A stretch of DNA of 64,000 bases from Moraxella sp. (GTDB lineage Bacteria; Pseudomonadota; Gammaproteobacteria; Pseudomonadales; Moraxellaceae): NCBI RefSeq assembly GCF_030525845.1, contig NZ_JAUNDY010000003.1, forward strand, positions 72,552 to 136,551, in the 5' to 3' direction. Positions 39,555 to 50,256 of this stretch are shown in pieces. Position numbers and translations under genes: made by a program. Under the pieces are notes generated by a model. That model had not been told where the DNA came from. It did not search any database and saw only the letters and a program-made list of their open reading frames with translations. Within the stretch, counting starts at the first letter, position 1, and each line of letters begins with the position of its first letter.

Positions 39555-40625
39555 TCATATCCCCAGTTTACGGCGTAAACGTGCCAAAAAGCCTAATTTT
39601 TCTTCTTGCTCAGCACTTTGTGGCACAGGTACGCCCTCTGGCTCTGGCACGCTAGACGATGAAGCACTTGGCGTAGATGCAATCACAGGCGTGATGACCG
39701 CTGTGATGACTTGATAGTTCTCATCACTAAGATGTTGAGCAAACAACAAAGACACCACTACTTTTTGGACAAATAAGCGACTAAGCCCCGTACGTGCCAC
39801 CAGCTCATCTATCGTGCGAGCTTTATCTTCTAGTGCCACCATTGCACGCAATAGAGGACGTCTTTCGGTGTTGTTGTCGGGTTTTACCCACGAACGAAGC
39901 TGATAGCGAGCATCTTTATCTACAAGAGGCAGTAGTTTATCAGCATTTTCCCATGCCACCTGATAAAGCCACTGATTCATGTCAATGGCACGACTGGGTT
40001 CGTCTGGTGTACCGCCCATACGAAGTCGCCATGCCGTAACATCAACCGTCTGCATACTCTTTAACCACACCAACTGACGTGAACCGTCAATAACAGCAAT
40101 TACTTCGCCGTCTTGCAGAAGTTCGAAGTTGGCTTTTGGGCGAGCGTGCAGCGTCTTTATCATCTCTATCACATCAGACAATTCGGTACTTGATGAGATG
40201 GGCTTTGGCTGTGCTGCTGCTGAGGGTCGCACAGGCTCAGATGCGGTGCTAGCAGGTGTCTTTTGGTAAGGTATGCCTTTTAGGACATTGACATTATCAT
40301 GCAGCCAATTATTTAACAGTCCAATTTGTTTTAGGGGCAACACCAATACATCACCTACAATGCGACCGTCACCCATTTCACTGCGACTGACGTACAGGGT
40401 AGGTGTGTTTGGATGCGCTTCTTGCAGTTTTTGTATGCTGGTAGAATTTCTAAAATCCTCATTAACCACATACAAATCCACACGACCAACCTGAACAGAC
40501 ACCCAGTCCAAATCGACATCTAAGCGAAGAAGTACTCGCAAATACCCCTTAAAGGTAACTTGGTCGGCGGGACTGACGCCAACCATTGCAATCTTCATGA
40601 TTTTCTTACTGTCAATATTTTCCAT
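39555..40625 (-). CDS. Hypothetical protein: degenerate receiver-like N-terminus, Pro/Ser/Ala-rich linker, conserved C-terminal domain
   Basis: 356 aa; 'KIAMVGVSPADQ...DLYVVNEDF' resembles a receiver fold lacking the acidic pocket; 'TPASTASEPVRPSAAAQPKP' linker. Confidence 0.4.
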   Translation of the reverse strand: MENIDSKKIMKIAMVGVSPADQVTFKGYLRVLLRLDVDLDWVSVQVGRVDLYVVNEDFRNSTSIQKLQEAHPNTPTLYVSRSEMGDGRIVGDVLVLPLKQIGLLNNWLHDNVNVLKGIPYQKTPASTASEPVRPSAAAQPKPISSSTELSDVIEMIKTLHARPKANFELLQDGEVIAVIDGSRQLVWLKSMQTVDVTAWRLRMGGTPDEPSRAIDMNQWLYQVAWENADKLLPLVDKDARYQLRSWVKPDNNTERRPLLRAMVALEDKARTIDELVARTGLSRLFVQKVVVSLLFAQHLSDENYQVITAVITPVIASTPSASSSSVPEPEGVPVPQSAEQEEKLGFLARLRRKLGI

Positions 40626-40937
40626 AGCTTACTCTTGGCTCGCTTAAAAATCGCCGATGTCAAAATCACAAACCAAGACACCAGCACTTAAAAATCACAA
40701 ACTCATCATTTCACAAGCAAGCCACTCATCAACAACCAACAAGTGACTCATAATGACACACACGGCAAAACCAACCGCTCACAAATCTCAAAAACAGGAC
40801 ATAGTCTGTTATCTGTACTATTTTATACCATATTTGGGTTTACGGCTATACCAAACAACAAAAAGATTTTACCTTTTAGTAACATTTTTAAATACTTACA
40901 AATAGTATGGATATAAATTAAGGGTGCAAAACACCCA

Positions 40938-41588
40938 TCATTGACACTCCCCCACCGCCATCTCCACCGATACCTTTGCCTCCGTCAAGGCAAATAAATG
41001 CTTGATTTGCTCGATTGCACTGTCTTTGGCAAGGGTCATGATGTCGCCTTGACATGCCTTTTTTAGCACCTCAATTTTACCACTTTCTTGGGCTTTATTT
41101 AAAATCTCTGGGTCGCCCGCCACCATACCAAACAGCCCTGTTTGCCAGTCATACACCTGTATGTCGTCCAAAAACACCTCAAAAATCTCTGACTTGGGCA
41201 GTTTGATACGCACTTCAACAGGAGCATTCAACTCTTTGGCGTAACGAATGTCAACATCATCGGCGGTGAGTTTGGATAAATCCACGCCTGCCAAAACTCG
41301 CCCTTTGGCGATAAACAGCCCCTTTTGTTCGTCCTGCCACAGCTTGTACCATGTGCCTTCTTTATTTGAAGTGATGATGGTATCGACATTAAAACTGACA
41401 GTGGTAAGTTTCGCCATTTTTTGAATGTCGGTTACCACCCCGTCTCGGCTGATGGCGGATATAGCAGGTTTTTCGGTCAGTTTGACCGTAAAAATAGCGG
41501 TCAAAATTACCGTCATCGCCATAAAAATGGTAATGGCAATGAGTGTCAATTTACTGTATTTGCGTTTAGAGGGTTTTTGTGCGGTCAT
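40938..41588 (-). CDS. DUF4230-like membrane-anchored protein
   Basis: Start at '[20 protein letters not shown]' with AAGGA RBS; single N-terminal TM. Confidence 0.45.
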   Translation of the reverse strand: MTAQKPSKRKYSKLTLIAITIFMAMTVILTAIFTVKLTEKPAISAISRDGVVTDIQKMAKLTTVSFNVDTIITSNKEGTWYKLWQDEQKGLFIAKGRVLAGVDLSKLTADDVDIRYAKELNAPVEVRIKLPKSEIFEVFLDDIQVYDWQTGLFGMVAGDPEILNKAQESGKIEVLKKACQGDIMTLAKDSAIEQIKHLFALTEAKVSVEMAVGECQ

Positions 41589-41726
41589 ACTTTTCCTTTT
41601 TGGATAACACTCATTCATTTTATGGGGAATAAATTTAAAATTTCCATAAAAATCGCTTGCACAGTTACCAAATTTTACTTTAATATAGTGTGTTTTGAAC
41701 AAATTACCCAATTTTTGAGAAATTTT

Positions 41727-43457
41727 ATGAAAGCCAGTCAATTTACCCTAGCTACTCTACGGCAAACGCCAAGCGATGCCGACATCATTTCCGCCCAACT
41801 AATGCTCAAAGCAGGGCTTATTCGCAAACTTGCGTCAGGACTGTATGTCTGGATGCCAACAGGCTTGCGTGTCCTAAAACGGGTCGAAAAAATCGTCCGT
41901 GAGGAGATGGAACGCATCAATGCCCAAGAGTTACTCATGCCTGTTACCCAACCTGCCGAACTGTGGCAAGAGAGTGGACGCTGGGAGGATTATGGGGCGG
42001 AGCTACTTCGCTTTAAAGACCGTCATACTCGTGATTTTGTGCTAGGTCCCACCCATGAGGAAGTCATCACCGACATCGCTCGTGGCGAACTTAAAAGCTA
42101 CAAACAACTGCCAGCGACTTATTACCAAATCCAAACCAAATTTCGTGATGAAATCCGCCCTCGCTTTGGCGTGATGCGCGCCAGAGAGTTTACGATGAAA
42201 GATGCGTATTCTTTTCATATTGACAAAGAGAGCCTTGCCCAGACTTATGCCGACTTTTATGAAGCGTACAATCGCATTTTTAGCCGTTTGGGGCTAAACT
42301 TTCGTGCCGTGCAAGCCGATACAGGCTCTATTGGCGGTTTTGCCAGCCATGAATTTCACGTCCTAGCCGACAGCGGAGAGGATGACATCGCATTTAGCAC
42401 AGAATCTAACTACTCTGCCAATATCGAGCTTGCCGAAGCCATCTGTACCGACACCCGCCAAGCCCCCACCGCCGTCCGTACCGATGTCGATACGCCAAAT
42501 ATGCCAACCTGTGAGGAAGTTGCCCTACATCTAGGCATTGACCTAAAACAAACGGTTAAGACCTTGATTGTTAAGGGTTCGTATAGCGAGGAAACGCCTG
42601 ACATGCCAAAACTGGTTGCCCTTGTTTTGCGTGGCGACCATACTTTGAACGAAATCAAAGCCGAAAAACTGCCCGAAGTCAAAGCCCCCCTAGAAATGGC
42701 AACAGAAGAAGAAATGAAAGAGGCAGGACTGGTAAAAGGCTACATCAGCGTGGATTTGGCACGCTATGGCGTGCCTGTGATTGCTGACCGTACGGCGTCT
42801 GCGATGTCTGATTTTGTGAGTGGGGCAAATGTGGCAGATAAGCACACCACAGGCATGAACTGGGAACGAGATGCTATCCTGCACAGCACCGCCGATTTAC
42901 GAAATGTGGTCGATGGCGATGTCAGCCCTGATGGTAAAGGCATTTTACAAATCAAACGAGGCATTGAGGTGGGGCATATTTTCCAGCTTGGCGACAAATA
43001 TTCACACGCCCTAAACTGTACCGTTTTGGGCAAAGAAGGCAAGCCCGTTACACTAATGATGGGCTGTTATGGCATTGGTGTGAGCCGTATCATCGCCGCC
43101 AGCCTAGAACAAAACCACGATGACAAAGGCATTCTTTGGGCGGACACGCCAGACCCAAGCGATAACATCGCGCCATTTTATGTGGCGGTCGTCCCCATGA
43201 AATCCAAAGACGGCTCTGCTGAGAGTAAAGCGAACGAACTGTATGAGACGCTAAAAGCTCGTGGGGTCAATGTGCTACTCGATGACCGTGATGAGCGGGC
43301 GGGCGTGAAGTTTGCTGACTTAGAACTCATCGGTATCCCCCACCGCATCGTGGTCTCCGAGCGTAATCTGGTAGAAAATAAATACGAGTACGCCAAACGA
43401 GGCAGTGATGATAAAGAGTTACTAAGTCTTGATGAGGTACTTGCGAAGTTTTTGTAA
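41727..43457 (+). CDS. proS: Proline--tRNA ligase
   Basis: '[34 protein letters not shown]' ProRS N-terminus; ~576 aa with editing domain. Confidence 0.9.
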   Translation: MKASQFTLATLRQTPSDADIISAQLMLKAGLIRKLASGLYVWMPTGLRVLKRVEKIVREEMERINAQELLMPVTQPAELWQESGRWEDYGAELLRFKDRHTRDFVLGPTHEEVITDIARGELKSYKQLPATYYQIQTKFRDEIRPRFGVMRAREFTMKDAYSFHIDKESLAQTYADFYEAYNRIFSRLGLNFRAVQADTGSIGGFASHEFHVLADSGEDDIAFSTESNYSANIELAEAICTDTRQAPTAVRTDVDTPNMPTCEEVALHLGIDLKQTVKTLIVKGSYSEETPDMPKLVALVLRGDHTLNEIKAEKLPEVKAPLEMATEEEMKEAGLVKGYISVDLARYGVPVIADRTASAMSDFVSGANVADKHTTGMNWERDAILHSTADLRNVVDGDVSPDGKGILQIKRGIEVGHIFQLGDKYSHALNCTVLGKEGKPVTLMMGCYGIGVSRIIAASLEQNHDDKGILWADTPDPSDNIAPFYVAVVPMKSKDGSAESKANELYETLKARGVNVLLDDRDERAGVKFADLELIGIPHRIVVSERNLVENKYEYAKRGSDDKELLSLDEVLAKFL

Positions 43458-43607
43458 AATGATAACAACTAGGGTGTGTTGTAACACAAGCAATCAATAC
43501 TCAACACGTCTTATACAAAACGATACAATCACAACCAAAAACTAAGTTATAATAACCCAAGAGCCAAATAAATTCGCTCTTACCAATCAAACACTTAGGA
43601 GAAATTT

Positions 43608-43910
43608 ATGAAACTAGCCAAAGTCTTAGGTCTTGCCATTGCTGTTGCCACCGCTGGTGTTAGCGTTGCCCATGCTGACGATGACTATCTAGAGCATGCC
43701 GCCTATCAAGACCCAGCAGTTCATCAAACTCTTGCAAAAGCACGTGCCATCATTACCCAAAAAGGCTATCAAATCATTGATGAGCTTGAAATTGACGAAA
43801 AACGTGGCAAACTTTACGTAGAAACCGAAGCCATCAAAAACGGCAAAAAATACGACATTCGCCTAGACTATCCAAGCCTAAAAAACTTCCGTGCTAAACT
43901 GGACTACTAA
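43608..43910 (+). CDS. Secreted PepSY-domain protein
   Basis: Signal peptide; 'KGYQIIDELEIDEKRGKLYVETEAIKNGKKYDIRLD' PepSY-like. Confidence 0.55.
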   Translation: MKLAKVLGLAIAVATAGVSVAHADDDYLEHAAYQDPAVHQTLAKARAIITQKGYQIIDELEIDEKRGKLYVETEAIKNGKKYDIRLDYPSLKNFRAKLDY

Positions 43911-43917
43911 TTAAACT

Positions 43918-43954
43918 AAATCAAGCCCTGTATTACGCAGGGCTTGATTTTATT
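43918..43954. terminator. Bidirectional rho-independent terminator (PepSY gene / queF)
   Basis: tcaagccctg-tattacg-cagggcttga perfect 10-bp stem with flanking A/T runs. Confidence 0.75.
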
Positions 43955-44798
43955 GCCTCACAAATCGCCCAACCTCCCCCATAGGCACATCAAATACCCG
44001 CACAGGATTGATGTCAATACCGCCACGCCGTGTATAATTGGCAGACACTCGCAGAGCCTGTGGCTTAAACCATGTCATCAAATCTGCAAATATTCGCTCC
44101 ACACACTGCTCATGAAAACCATTATGCTGTCTAAACGACAAAATATATCTTAACATCGCCCCAAAATCCAACTCGTATTCGGTATGAATGTCAATTTGCA
44201 CCGTTCCCCAATCAGGCTGATTGGTAACAGGGCAATTTGAGCGTAAGAGATTGCTATAAAATTGATGGCGTTTTGGTGTGCCTTGTTTGGCATTTTTTAA
44301 CCATGAATTATCAATATCATCGACAAGCTCAATGTTGTCGCCATGCTCATTTAACACCTCATCAATACACACGCCAATAGGCTGAACAATATTTAAATTC
44401 CCATCTGTTAATTGAATGATTTGCACTTGAATTGGCACACCCACACAATGTGATAAATCTTGTTCTATGGTATTTTTGACATCATTAATGTCATTAAATT
44501 TGGTAAAATTTAAACTGTTTAAATACAATTTTAAGGATTTAGACTCCACAATATAAGGCGATGTGGCAGGAATAAAAAATCGTGCCATCGCCACTTGGGA
44601 GACACCCACAGGATTGAGCCATGACAATTCAAAGGCTTGCCACACATCAACGCCCTTTGTATTGGTCTCATCAAAAACAAAGCCTGTTTCTTTGATAATT
44701 TCATCTCGTCCGATTTGTCGTGAGATGGGAAATAAAATACTAGGGTCATAGGTTTTAGAATAACTGGTACTCTCGCCAAGTACGCCATGAATGCTCAT
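43950..44798 (-). CDS. queF: NADPH-dependent 7-cyano-7-deazaguanine reductase (two-domain type)
   Basis: 282 aa; QueF-like N-terminus 'SKTYDPSILFPISR'. Confidence 0.8.
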   Translation of the reverse strand: MSIHGVLGESTSYSKTYDPSILFPISRQIGRDEIIKETGFVFDETNTKGVDVWQAFELSWLNPVGVSQVAMARFFIPATSPYIVESKSLKLYLNSLNFTKFNDINDVKNTIEQDLSHCVGVPIQVQIIQLTDGNLNIVQPIGVCIDEVLNEHGDNIELVDDIDNSWLKNAKQGTPKRHQFYSNLLRSNCPVTNQPDWGTVQIDIHTEYELDFGAMLRYILSFRQHNGFHEQCVERIFADLMTWFKPQALRVSANYTRRGGIDINPVRVFDVPMGEVGRFVRQ

Positions 44799-44826
44799 TA
44801 TTATTTACCTTTTAAAAATATGTCAA

Positions 44827-45603
44827 TCAAGAAATACGAATCCGCTTACCGTCTTTTAATATTTGATAAGCCACGCCATAAAATATCACGCAAAATCCCA
44901 AAATTGCCACCAGCGAATACATCACATTGACATCAGAATGACCCAAAATGCCATAACGAAAAGCATTTACCATATAGACAATGGGGTTTAGTAGTGATAA
45001 GTTTTGCCAAAAGGGGGATAAATTTTCCAAAGAATAAAACACCCCACCCAGATAAGTCAGCGGTGTTAAAATAAAACTAGGCACAATAGAAATGTCATCA
45101 AAAGACTTGGCAAAGACTGCATTGATAAACCCACCAAGCGAAAATAACACAGAAGTCCCCAAAATGGTTAATGCCATGACCCCAAAATGACTGATGCTCA
45201 ATTTGGTAAAAAATAACGCCACCACACTCACAATCATCGCAATCGCCAAACCCCGAAACACCCCACCTGCCACATAACCCATCAATATCATATGCTTTGA
45301 AATGGGCGACACCAACAGCTCATCAATACTGCCATGAAATTTGGTGCTAAAAAAACTTGATACCACATTGGAATAACTGTTGGTAATGACCGACATCATA
45401 ATTAAACCCGGCACGATAAACTGCATATAGCTCACCCCGCCCATGTCGCCGACACGAGAGCCAATCATTTGCCCAAAAATCACAAAATACAAAGTCATGG
45501 TAATGACAGGAGGCAATAAAGTCTGAGGCCAAATGCGTAATATGCGTTTGATTTCTTTATATAATATGGTATAAAAAGCGGTGAATTCTTGGGTACTGGT
45601 CAT
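44827..45603 (-). CDS. ABC-2 type transporter permease
   Basis: 258 aa, 6 TM, ABC-2 family profile. Confidence 0.75.
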   Translation of the reverse strand: MTSTQEFTAFYTILYKEIKRILRIWPQTLLPPVITMTLYFVIFGQMIGSRVGDMGGVSYMQFIVPGLIMMSVITNSYSNVVSSFFSTKFHGSIDELLVSPISKHMILMGYVAGGVFRGLAIAMIVSVVALFFTKLSISHFGVMALTILGTSVLFSLGGFINAVFAKSFDDISIVPSFILTPLTYLGGVFYSLENLSPFWQNLSLLNPIVYMVNAFRYGILGHSDVNVMYSLVAILGFCVIFYGVAYQILKDGKRIRIS

Positions 45604-45618
45604 TATTTATCTCAATAT

Positions 45619-46593
45619 TTATTTATCGTGATTGGCAGGATTGGCGTGATTCATTTTACCGTCATGAAAATGGCTATCCACCACCCCCATAAACAATTCT
45701 TCTAGGCGGTTATTTTTATTTCTCATGCTCAAAATTTCAATATTTAACTCATTAAATTGAGCAAAGATATGATTTAGGCTTTGTTCTTTATTTAGGGTAA
45801 TTTCCAATGTTTTTTCATCGGCTAGTTGGGCGTAGACGATGTTATTAAAATTGGGTAAAGTAGTCAATGCCTGTTTTAAATCAAAAACAAAGGTTTCAAA
45901 AGATAATTGCGTGAGCAATGATTTCATATCAGTATTGATTAAAATCTCGCCATGATTTAAGATGGCGATGTATTTGCACAATTGCTCCGCCTCCTCCAAA
46001 TAATGCGTGGTTAAAATAATCGTGGTATTTTCCTCACGATTGATTTTTTGCATAAAATCCCACATCGAACGGCGTAACTCAATGTCCACGCCTGCGGTAG
46101 GCTCGTCCAATATCAACAAACGAGGTCGGTGCATCAAGGCACGAGCAATCATGAGCCGTCTTTTCATGCCCCCAGAGAGTGAGCGAGATTTGGTGTGGCG
46201 TTTCTCCCAAAGCCCAAGCTCCTTTAATAAAAACTCAGCTCTCGGCAAAGCCTCTGCCTTTTTGATGCCATAATAACCCGCTTGGGTGGTCAGTATGTCA
46301 AGGCATTGCTCAAATTGGTTAAAATTAAACTCTTGGGGAACAACGCCCAGATAAGATTTGGCAAGGCTGGGATTTTGGTGCAAATCCACCCCAAAGATTT
46401 CTACCGTACCATCGGTGGGTGGAAATAGTGAACTGATGATACCAATCATCGTGGATTTGCCCGCCCCATTTGCCCCAAGCAGGGCAAAAAATTCGCCCTG
46501 TGGCACGGTCAAATCCACCCCTTTTAGGGCGGTAAAGCCGTTGGGATAGGTCTTTTTTAAGTGAGAAATTTGTAGGGCAGGTATGTTTGACAT
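45619..46593 (-). CDS. ABC transporter ATP-binding protein
   Basis: Walker A 'GANGAGKST', signature 'LSGGMKRR', Walker B 'LILDEPT'. Confidence 0.85.
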   Translation of the reverse strand: MSNIPALQISHLKKTYPNGFTALKGVDLTVPQGEFFALLGANGAGKSTMIGIISSLFPPTDGTVEIFGVDLHQNPSLAKSYLGVVPQEFNFNQFEQCLDILTTQAGYYGIKKAEALPRAEFLLKELGLWEKRHTKSRSLSGGMKRRLMIARALMHRPRLLILDEPTAGVDIELRRSMWDFMQKINREENTTIILTTHYLEEAEQLCKYIAILNHGEILINTDMKSLLTQLSFETFVFDLKQALTTLPNFNNIVYAQLADEKTLEITLNKEQSLNHIFAQFNELNIEILSMRNKNNRLEELFMGVVDSHFHDGKMNHANPANHDK

Positions 46594-46673
46594 GGCAAAA
46601 CCAAAAAGCTAAATGATAAAAACACCAAACAGCCTAAGCGATTGCTCGCCTAAGCCGTTGGCAGAAGATGAGG

Positions 46674-47132
46674 TTATTTGGATTGACTTAGGATATAATC
46701 AACCGCATTTTTCACTTCATCATCAGAGATGTCCGCACCACCACGAGCAGGCATGGCGTTAAAGCCGTTGATAGCGTGGTCGTACAAAGTAGCCGTGCCT
46801 TTGGCAATACGTGGTGCCCAGTCAGCCGTACCAATCTTGGGTGCTCCCACCAAGCCTGCATCATGACAGGTGGCACAGATAGCTTTATAAAGCTGGTCAC
46901 CGGGACGAGCCACACCCTCTACCGCAGGAGCCAGGACAGTGATGTTAATGTCGCACTCCTCGCCATCGTAGCACACCTTGCCCACAGGAGCGATACGAGC
47001 TACAAGCTGTGGGTACATGGCAATCAGTTTCTTGACCTGAGCACTATCCTCTGGTGCTTCATTTGCCGAGCTGGTCATCATGCCAGAGATTGCCAGCAAC
47101 GTGGCAAAAGATAAAGTTGCAATTTTTTTCAT
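46674..47132 (-). CDS. Periplasmic class I cytochrome c (c5-like)
   Basis: Signal peptide; single 'CATCH' heme-binding site. Confidence 0.75.
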   Translation of the reverse strand: MKKIATLSFATLLAISGMMTSSANEAPEDSAQVKKLIAMYPQLVARIAPVGKVCYDGEECDINITVLAPAVEGVARPGDQLYKAICATCHDAGLVGAPKIGTADWAPRIAKGTATLYDHAINGFNAMPARGGADISDDEVKNAVDYILSQSK

Positions 47133-47290
47133 TGTCTTATCTCAACTAGCCTTGAGTAAAATATTACTCTGGGTTTGGAAAAATTACCCTACTATTATAA
47201 AGGAAAACACAGTTAAATTGCCATGTTTTTTATATTGTTTACAAAAAAAACGTGTGATTTTCTTGGTTTTTGACCAACATCACAAAAATC

Positions 47291-47320
47291 TTGGTAGCCA
47301 GCTACAAAATGTGCTATAAT
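47291..47320 (+). promoter_or_regulatory. Strong sigma70 promoter with extended -10 for tRNA-Arg
   Basis: TTGGTA, 18-nt spacer, TGcTATAAT about 12 nt upstream of the tRNA. Confidence 0.55.
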
Positions 47321-47332
47321 TACGAGAGTCAT

Positions 47333-47409
47333 GCACCTGTAGCTCAGTTGGATAGAGTGTTGGCCTCCGAAGTCAAAGGTCGTGGGTTCAATTCCCGCCA
47401 GGTGCGCCA
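47333..47409 (+). tRNA. tRNA-Arg (anticodon CCG)
   Basis: Cloverleaf with loop CUCCGAA; GTTCAATTC T-arm; ends CCA; similar to E. coli argX-type tRNA. Confidence 0.85.
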
Positions 47410-47466
47410 CTTTTCCCAAAGCTCCCCTCTCTTTATTTTACGCATACCCACCTCCATCACACAAAA

Positions 47467-47832
47467 TCACGACTTATCAATCCGCTTGCCATTTTCATCA
47501 AAAATACCGTATTTTTTGCGTTGAGCCATTCTGTGTGCCCGCTCGCTCTTAGTTTCCTCTCGAAATTCTGGGCGAATGATTTGCAAAGGTTGGTTTTTAC
47601 GTCTTTTAAAGCGTTTTGGTTTGTTTTTACTTTCAGCCCCCAAAAACACACCAATACAAATACCAATCACAATACCGACAATCACATATGGTGGCATGGC
47701 TTGAATGACTGGGTCATCTAGCAACTTTTTATAAGGGCTTTGCTCGACATGCATCGTATCTTCACTATAAATACGATTATCACTAAGCTCGATAAACTCT
47801 TGATCATCATTGTGTTGTTGGTTTTCGCTCAT
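47467..47832 (-). CDS. Hypothetical single-pass membrane protein
   Basis: 121 aa; acidic N-terminus, one TM, basic C-terminus. Confidence 0.35.
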   Translation of the reverse strand: MSENQQHNDDQEFIELSDNRIYSEDTMHVEQSPYKKLLDDPVIQAMPPYVIVGIVIGICIGVFLGAESKNKPKRFKRRKNQPLQIIRPEFREETKSERAHRMAQRKKYGIFDENGKRIDKS

Positions 47833-47902
47833 GGTAGCACCCTAAACTGGTTAATTTTCGCTTAAAATGTAACAGTTGCTAAAAATACTTTTTGCCAAAA
47901 TA

Positions 47903-47938
47903 AATACGCCCACACTCATCGTACGGGCGTATTTTTTT
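47903..47938. terminator. Terminator hairpin downstream of gloA
   Basis: aatacgccc...gggcgtatt stem plus T7 run. Confidence 0.55.
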
Positions 47939-48467
47939 AATATTTTAACTCGATAATCTCCACCCAATATCCGTCTGGGTCTTTGATGAAGGCAATATCT
48001 TTCATGCTACCATCTTCTGGGCGTTTTTGAAAAACCACGTTATTTTTATCAAACCACGCCACCGCCTCAGCAAGGTTTGGTACGGCAAAGCAAATATGCC
48101 CAAACCCTCTTGGTTCGCCATTGCCATTATGGTAGGCAAAATCAGGGTCGTTTTCTGTGCCATAGTTGTGCGTTAGCTCCAAAATACTACGCTGACGAGA
48201 CACATAAGCACTCAAATCAGCGGTCGCTGGCAAGTTATTACGCTCCTCTTCGGTCAATTTTGCCAAAAAGTACAAATCAAACTTCGCCTCAGGGAACTGG
48301 CTATGACGAAGCAAGGTCATACCCAGCACACCTGTATAAAATTCAAGCGATTTGACAGGGTCTTTGATGCGAAGCATGGTATGGTTGAAGGTAAAGCCCT
48401 CAGAGGCGGCAGGAATATCTTTGACGCCATTTGCGGTAAGTGCGTTGGCAGGTTGAGAAATGGACAT
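47937..48467 (-). CDS. gloA: Lactoylglutathione lyase (glyoxalase I, long form)
   Basis: 176 aa; VOC fold with 'TMLRIKDPVKSLEFY'. Confidence 0.8.
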   Translation of the reverse strand: MSISQPANALTANGVKDIPAASEGFTFNHTMLRIKDPVKSLEFYTGVLGMTLLRHSQFPEAKFDLYFLAKLTEEERNNLPATADLSAYVSRQRSILELTHNYGTENDPDFAYHNGNGEPRGFGHICFAVPNLAEAVAWFDKNNVVFQKRPEDGSMKDIAFIKDPDGYWVEIIELKY

Positions 48468-48655
48468 GGTTTACTCCACTTGGTTTAACATATTAATATA
48501 TATAGCTAGAATTTTAGATATGACAGTCAGCACCTAAACATTTTGACTGTTTTTATTCACATCATTTTAGCACATTCTCCCGAACAAGCCATGATAATTT
48601 TTCTACTTGTTACAAAAAAACAGTACAACATTTATCATGGTTTATCATTTTTCAA

Positions 48656-49279
48656 TCATTCAAAAAAGATAACCTTACCTGTTGCCACATCATACTCTGC
48701 ACCAACAATGGTTAGCTTGCCGTTATTAATCATGTCTTCTAAGCTACGAGAGCCAGATTTTAGCTGACTAACTGACATACGTACATTGGCACGCACCGCT
48801 CGGTCGATAAACTCCTCCATATCCACCTCGCCTGCACTCGCCGTTAAAATCTCATGTAAATTATATACACTAGGACGAATCCTATCCACGATGGATTGTA
48901 AATTTGGTGCATAAGACTGCTCGGGATTGACCAACATCTCGACACACGCTGTTACCGCCCCACAGTTGCTATGCCCCAAGACCACCACAAGCTCCGTACC
49001 AAATTTCTCAACCGCAAACTCCACCGAGCCAATCTGACTTGGTGCAACCACATTACCTGCCACACGAATCACGAATAACTCGCCTAACTTTTGGTCAAAA
49101 ATCAATTCCACAGGCACACGTGCGTCAGAACACCCCAAAATAATCGCAGAAGGTAGTTGTTCCTCCACCAACATCGGCGGAGGCTGATAATGATTTTGGG
49201 CTTTTTTGATTTTATTGACAAAACGCAGGTTGCCCTCTTTGAGCTGATTTAGTACCGCCTGAGCATTAAGATTTTTCAT
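48656..49279 (-). CDS. can: Beta-class carbonic anhydrase
   Basis: 'CSDARVPVE' and 'GHSNCGAV' zinc-ligand motifs. Confidence 0.85.
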   Translation of the reverse strand: MKNLNAQAVLNQLKEGNLRFVNKIKKAQNHYQPPPMLVEEQLPSAIILGCSDARVPVELIFDQKLGELFVIRVAGNVVAPSQIGSVEFAVEKFGTELVVVLGHSNCGAVTACVEMLVNPEQSYAPNLQSIVDRIRPSVYNLHEILTASAGEVDMEEFIDRAVRANVRMSVSQLKSGSRSLEDMINNGKLTIVGAEYDVATGKVIFFE

Positions 49280-49290
49280 GACTCTCTCGT

Positions 49291-50256
49291 TTACTCATCG
49301 CCTGGTATATTCATAGGCGGTGCAGGTTCTAAATCTGCTACATTTGCTTCCTGTATCGGCTTGGCAGATTTGTCATTTGACTCAGTTTTTGGAATAGGTT
49401 TATTGTCAACCTTATCCTCTTTTTTGTTTTCCTTTGGTTTATCCACTTCCTTAGGGATAGCAGTTGGTGGCATTTTTGGCTTAGCCAAGACCTCGGATTT
49501 TTCCAAATCGGTGTTAGCCATCGTTTCTTTTTCGGTGGCTTTTGGTTTTTTGACTTCTTTGGAGGCCTCTTCTTTTTTGGGTGCATCCTCTTTTTTGGAA
49601 GCCTCAGCAGGGATTTCTTTTTTGGTGGGCTTGAGAGTTACCGCACGTGGTGCTGACTCTGACAAATCAACCATGATCTCCGAACGCTCGTAATTATCTA
49701 TCATGCCAGCGTAACGCTTCATCTCTTCTGATACGGGCGTAACGCTCGGAGGCAATCCAAAATCCACCACCTTAATCACACCAAGTGCCTCTTGGGGGCT
49801 ACCCATCACGCCATAAGTCAAGATATATCGTTGTTCGTTATTGCTGTTGTGATAGCGAAAATAGGCGAACTTCTCACGGTCCGACCTGCCGTTTAGATAC
49901 TCGGTAATAATCTCGTTTTGGGCAACGTCCATCACTTGCACTGTCCAACGCTTACTATTATCCTCAAAAAACTTTTTGCCTTTAAATTCACTAGGATAAT
50001 TACGCAAGTCCCTAACCACTGTCTCAAAATCAATGGGTGGCACTTCCCTTGTAAGTTCATCAAGGTGGTCGATGGTGCTTGGCAGACTCACTTCCTCTGC
50101 TACCGCTTGTGTTTTTTTGTGCTCTTTGATGGTTGTTGGCACATGATTAAAAAGCGACGCCAAAACCCACACGATCAACATGACAGCCGCCACTATTAGC
50201 CACATGAGTGCTTGTCGTTTGCTTCTATTGCTAATTACAGATACGCTTTGGGTCAT
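49291..50256 (-). CDS. DamX-like SPOR-domain cell-division protein with KE/P-rich C-terminal tail
   Basis: N-terminal TM; 'RWTVQVMDVAQNEII...YILTYGVMGSPQEA' SPOR-like; positioned after aroB as damX is in E. coli. Confidence 0.55.
   Translation of the reverse strand: MTQSVSVISNRSKRQALMWLIVAAVMLIVWVLASLFNHVPTTIKEHKKTQAVAEEVSLPSTIDHLDELTREVPPIDFETVVRDLRNYPSEFKGKKFFEDNSKRWTVQVMDVAQNEIITEYLNGRSDREKFAYFRYHNSNNEQRYILTYGVMGSPQEALGVIKVVDFGLPPSVTPVSEEMKRYAGMIDNYERSEIMVDLSESAPRAVTLKPTKKEIPAEASKKEDAPKKEEASKEVKKPKATEKETMANTDLEKSEVLAKPKMPPTAIPKEVDKPKENKKEDKVDNKPIPKTESNDKSAKPIQEANVADLEPAPPMNIPGDE

Noticed and set aside
39555-40625. Considered annotating the 356-aa protein outright as RomR
   Set aside because: Only the architecture (receiver-like N-terminus, Pro/Ser/Ala linker, C-terminal domain) resembles RomR. 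The receiver lacks the acidic pocket and I cannot verify homology, so it is kept as hypothetical with the resemblance noted.
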